Part shown: in pieces, positions 60,740 to 64,000 of the stretch
Numbering within the stretch: the stretch's first letter is position 1
Layout of the letters: each line of letters opens with the position of its first letter
The notes under the pieces: model-generated
Told to the model about the DNA's origin: nothing
What the model saw: only the letters and a program-made list of their open reading frames with translations
Database searches by the model: none
DNA from: Polyangiales bacterium
GTDB lineage: Bacteria > Myxococcota_A > Polyangia > Polyangiales > Polyangiaceae
Direction: 5' to 3'
DNA length: 64,000 nucleotides
NCBI GenBank assembly: GCA_038230375.1
Contig: JBBRNJ010000003.1
Location: 32,001 to 96,000, forward strand
Position numbers and translations under genes: made by a program

Positions 60740-61909
60740 ATGAGACGGTGCGTTTGGGCCCTTGCGTTCGCGGCCATCGGTTGCGAAGGGCTCATCGGAG
60801 CGGACTTCGGCCACGGCAACGCGCAGGACATGACGGACGCCGCTGGCGCGGATGAGGGCGGCGCCAACGCGGACGGCGCCGCCGGTGCTGGCAATGGCGA
60901 CGGCAGCACGTCGTCAGGCAAGGACGCTGGGCAGACCAAGAAGGACAGCGGCGGAGGCGGTGGTGGCGGCGACTCGGGCGCATGTCGTCCGCTCGTGGTT
61001 CCCTGCCTGGACCTGTCGGACGCGAAGGTGATCGAGGTCCCCACCAACTCCACCATGCCGAACGCGATCGCCAACGTGAAGGCAGGCGGCACGATCCAGA
61101 TCAACGGCGCGAGCCTTGGCTCTGGCTGGAAGATCCCTGCGTTCGTGACGCTGCACGGCTGCAACGGCGCGAAGATCGTCGGCACCATCAGCGCCGCGGG
61201 CTCGGGCGCGGTGTTCGAAGGTTTCGACGTTCCGGGCTCCATCGTGCTGAACCAGACCGGCGTCTTCGTGGTGCGGTGGAACCGCTTCGACGGCAGCACG
61301 ACCGACCCCGGCGTCTCCGCGCGCTCGATCGACGCGCTGGTCTCCGCGTCCGTCACCGCGACCGTCGAGCAGAACGAGTTCGCCGATCGCCCGACCGGCG
61401 TCGTCGCCGACACCAACTACGACACCATGACTCACTCGGTGGACATCACGGTGCAGAACAACCTGTTCCACGGCGTGGCCTCCCCCGTCATCGCCACGCG
61501 CGGCGGGCTGGTCGGGAAGATCACGTCCAAGTTCCTGCACAACACGTTCACCGGCTTCACCACGGGAATGGGCTTCTATTCGCTCACCGACACACCCACC
61601 GTCGCGGGCAACATCTTCGCGAACGGTACGAATGCGGTGAACGGTGACTCGCCCTACAACCTGTCGAACGGCCTCCTGTTCATGTGCGCGGCGGGGAACG
61701 CCACGGCGCTGACCGGGACCTTTGCGAACGGCGATCCGAAGCTCGTGGACGCGGTGAATGGGGACCTGCACCTTGGCGCCGGATCGGATGCGCTTGACCA
61801 CGTGCCCTCGGGGAGCCTGATGCCCTCGGTGGACTACGCGAACTGTCCGCGGCCCGTGGGGCACGCGGGCGTGGTGCTCGGAGATATCGGGGCCTACGAG
61901 GCGCCGTAG
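60740..61909 (+). CDS. Parallel beta-helix lipoprotein
   Basis: Lipobox AIGC, NNLF/HNTF/GNIF repeats and C-terminal GDLHL..GS...DIGAYE. Confidence 0.8.
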   Translation: MRRCVWALAFAAIGCEGLIGADFGHGNAQDMTDAAGADEGGANADGAAGAGNGDGSTSSGKDAGQTKKDSGGGGGGGDSGACRPLVVPCLDLSDAKVIEVPTNSTMPNAIANVKAGGTIQINGASLGSGWKIPAFVTLHGCNGAKIVGTISAAGSGAVFEGFDVPGSIVLNQTGVFVVRWNRFDGSTTDPGVSARSIDALVSASVTATVEQNEFADRPTGVVADTNYDTMTHSVDITVQNNLFHGVASPVIATRGGLVGKITSKFLHNTFTGFTTGMGFYSLTDTPTVAGNIFANGTNAVNGDSPYNLSNGLLFMCAAGNATALTGTFANGDPKLVDAVNGDLHLGAGSDALDHVPSGSLMPSVDYANCPRPVGHAGVVLGDIGAYEAP

Positions 61910-61917
61910 GGACGTTG

Positions 61918-63057
61918 TCACGCGCGCAGGTAGCGCGTCAGTGGGTTTTCCCTTCTCCAGATCACGAAGTCCATGAAGTAGTGATGGAGATTCACGAAGG
62001 CGAAGAGGGCTGCGAAGTATGGAGTTGGGCCCAGGTCCGTGAAGCGGTCGGCCTTCTTCGTCAGCGCGGTGTCGAGGAGCGTCGGGGCTCCGTGGAAGAG
62101 GACTACGCCCAGCGCGAGCGCGGAGACGGCGAGGAGCCCCAGGCGCGTCCTTGCCGAGCGCTCGAACCACGGCGGGCCCTCGCGCTCCTTCGCCTGGTTC
62201 CCTCGCAACAGCCACACGAAGTAGAGGTACTGGATCGAGTGAAGGGCTGGCGTCATGTAGACGACCAGCGGATCGATGCTCGAGTAGACCGACCAAGACC
62301 AGATGGAGGCCAGCAGCGCCGTGAGCGGCGACAGGAGCTTCAGCGGACCCTCTTTCATTCGCTTGCGCGCGAGCATCACGACCAGCGCGCCGAACGACGC
62401 CAGGAAGATCACGTGCGTTGCCCGGTCCAGCCACGCCGGATGCGTCAGGCAGGTGTAAACTACACCTTTCTCTTCGACCTCGCGCGCGGTCGCCGCCGGG
62501 TTTGCCCACGCGAACGCCCAGCCTGCGAAGCAATGCGCCAGGAGGATCACGCGCTCCCCCTTGCCGAAGAAGAGGCCGCGCCTTGCCGCGAGGGTGATCA
62601 TCACACCGAACCCCTGCTTCACGTAGTGCCAGCCCACGAGCGCGAACATGAGCTCCGCCATCAGGCCGAGCGCAGGCGCCGATCGGGTCACGAGGCCGTA
62701 GCCCGCCCACGCCGCAAGGACGACCGGCACCACCACGCCAGCAAGGAGCCACCGCAGCCGCTGCGCGGTGCCGAAGGCCGAGCCGAACGCGCGCGCGCGC
62801 CCGTCCTCGTAGAAGAGGAGATAGGTCACCGCGAAGTGAGGGTCGTTGATGATGTACGCCGCATAGAACGCGGTGAAGCCGACCGCGTAGTCGGCCGAGG
62901 AGAGCCCCAGCGTCTTCCGCAGCGCGAACGACAAGAGGAACAGCAGCGGCGTCATTCCCCCGACCAGGAGGAACTCGATGGTGCGTCGGCCAAGCGGTGC
63001 CTGCGGCGTGGTGCGCGCCGGGACGCTCTCCGCTGGAACGTGCGCCGCTGCCGTCAT
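61918..63057 (-). CDS. Uncharacterised polytopic membrane protein with His motifs
   Basis: Multiple TM helices; PHF..TY, WHYVKQ.FG, HSIQY and HHYFMD..IW. Confidence 0.75.
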   Translation of the reverse strand: MTAAAHVPAESVPARTTPQAPLGRRTIEFLLVGGMTPLLFLLSFALRKTLGLSSADYAVGFTAFYAAYIINDPHFAVTYLLFYEDGRARAFGSAFGTAQRLRWLLAGVVVPVVLAAWAGYGLVTRSAPALGLMAELMFALVGWHYVKQGFGVMITLAARRGLFFGKGERVILLAHCFAGWAFAWANPAATAREVEEKGVVYTCLTHPAWLDRATHVIFLASFGALVVMLARKRMKEGPLKLLSPLTALLASIWSWSVYSSIDPLVVYMTPALHSIQYLYFVWLLRGNQAKEREGPPWFERSARTRLGLLAVSALALGVVLFHGAPTLLDTALTKKADRFTDLGPTPYFAALFAFVNLHHYFMDFVIWRRENPLTRYLRA

Positions 63058-63104
63058 CACCGCGAGGATAGTGAAGCATCCGCGGGTTTGATAGCGTTCG
63101 CGCC

Positions 63105-64000
63105 ATGGCTCTCTCCCGACACTTCGACATCCAGAATGACGACCGCGGAGAGCCCGTGATGCGGGTCTTCACGGACGGCATTGGCGTGCTCCGCAGCCCG
63201 CTCCTCAACAAGGGCACCGCGTTCACCGCGGAGGAGCGCGAGGCGCTCTGCATCGACGGCCTGTTGCCCCCGAACCACAGCACCCTCGAAGTACAGAGCG
63301 CGCGCGCGTACGAGAACTACACGCACGAGCCAAACAACCTTGCAAAGTACACGTTTCTCCGTGCGCTGCAGGATCGCAACGAGACGCTGTTCTTCGCGCT
63401 GCTCTCCTTGCACATCGAAGAGATGATGCCCATCGTGTACACGCCCACCGTGGGCGACGCGATCAAGGCGTTCTCGCACATCTATCGGAGCCCCCGCGGC
63501 CTTGGCTTCTCCAGCCAGAACATCCGCCGCGCGAAGGAGATCATGCAGGGCTACCACCTGGATGACGTCCGCATGATCGTCGCCACGGACGCGTCCGCGA
63601 TCCTGGGCATTGGTGATCAGGGGTGGGGCGGCATCGGCATCTCGATCGGAAAGCTCGCGCTCTACACGGCCGGCGGCCTTGCCCCGTACTCCGTGCTGCC
63701 CGTGGGCCTGGACGTGGGGACCGATCGCGAGTCACTCCGCAACGACCCGCTCTACCTGGGCGTGCGCACCCCGCGCCTCCATGGCGAGGCCTACTTCGAG
63801 ATCATCGACGCGTTCGTCCACGCCGTGAAAGAGCGCTACCCACGCGCGATCCTCCAGTGGGAGGATCTCTCCAAGGACACCGCGTTCGACGTGCTCGCGC
63901 GGCATCGGGACACGCTGCCGTCCTTCAACGACGACATCCAGGGCACGGGCGCCGTCGCGCTCGCGGGCCTCATCTCCGCGTGTCGTCTCAAGGGTGAGCC
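63105..64000 (+). CDS. maeA: NAD-dependent malic enzyme (3'-partial)
   Basis: Absent from the ORF track because it has no stop in the window. Hand translation gives [42 protein letters not shown] and FNDDIQGTG. Confidence 0.93.
   Translation, partial: MALSRHFDIQNDDRGEPVMRVFTDGIGVLRSPLLNKGTAFTAEEREALCIDGLLPPNHSTLEVQSARAYENYTHEPNNLAKYTFLRALQDRNETLFFALLSLHIEEMMPIVYTPTVGDAIKAFSHIYRSPRGLGFSSQNIRRAKEIMQGYHLDDVRMIVATDASAILGIGDQGWGGIGISIGKLALYTAGGLAPYSVLPVGLDVGTDRESLRNDPLYLGVRTPRLHGEAYFEIIDAFVHAVKERYPRAILQWEDLSKDTAFDVLARHRDTLPSFNDDIQGTGAVALAGLISACRLKGE

Overview
High-GC bacterial chromosomal window, most likely a myxobacterium of the Polyangiaceae/Labilithrix type. That assignment is inferred from Cys-rich and 'DAG'-rich lipoproteins, AgmX/PglI-like C-termini, an FHA-sigma54 activator and a PilZ-DUF4388 protein. 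About 50 genes are supportable. They include valS, lhr-nei, an acyl-CoA dehydrogenase, a partial malic enzyme, a Tet-type MFS, an osmoprotectant ABC transporter, a GT39 glycosyltransferase, a parallel-beta-helix/diheme cytochrome pair, an AAA-VIT/vWA-DUF2201 cluster, a vapBC module, a solitary short flagellin and many secreted lipoproteins. I saw no rRNA, tRNA, CRISPR array, transposase or integrase. The most unusual signals are non-coding. (1) Six intergenic GAC-NNC hexamer arrays, five starting at or near a stop codon and four carrying CTAG at or toward one end. (2) A 51-bp motif present twice as a direct repeat 4.8 kb apart, bracketing vapBC and a gene remnant; one copy overlaps the promoter of an uncharacterised gene. 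(3) Clear operator palindromes, five sigma54-type promoters and many apparently leaderless genes. All product calls come from motif recognition by eye; no database search was run.
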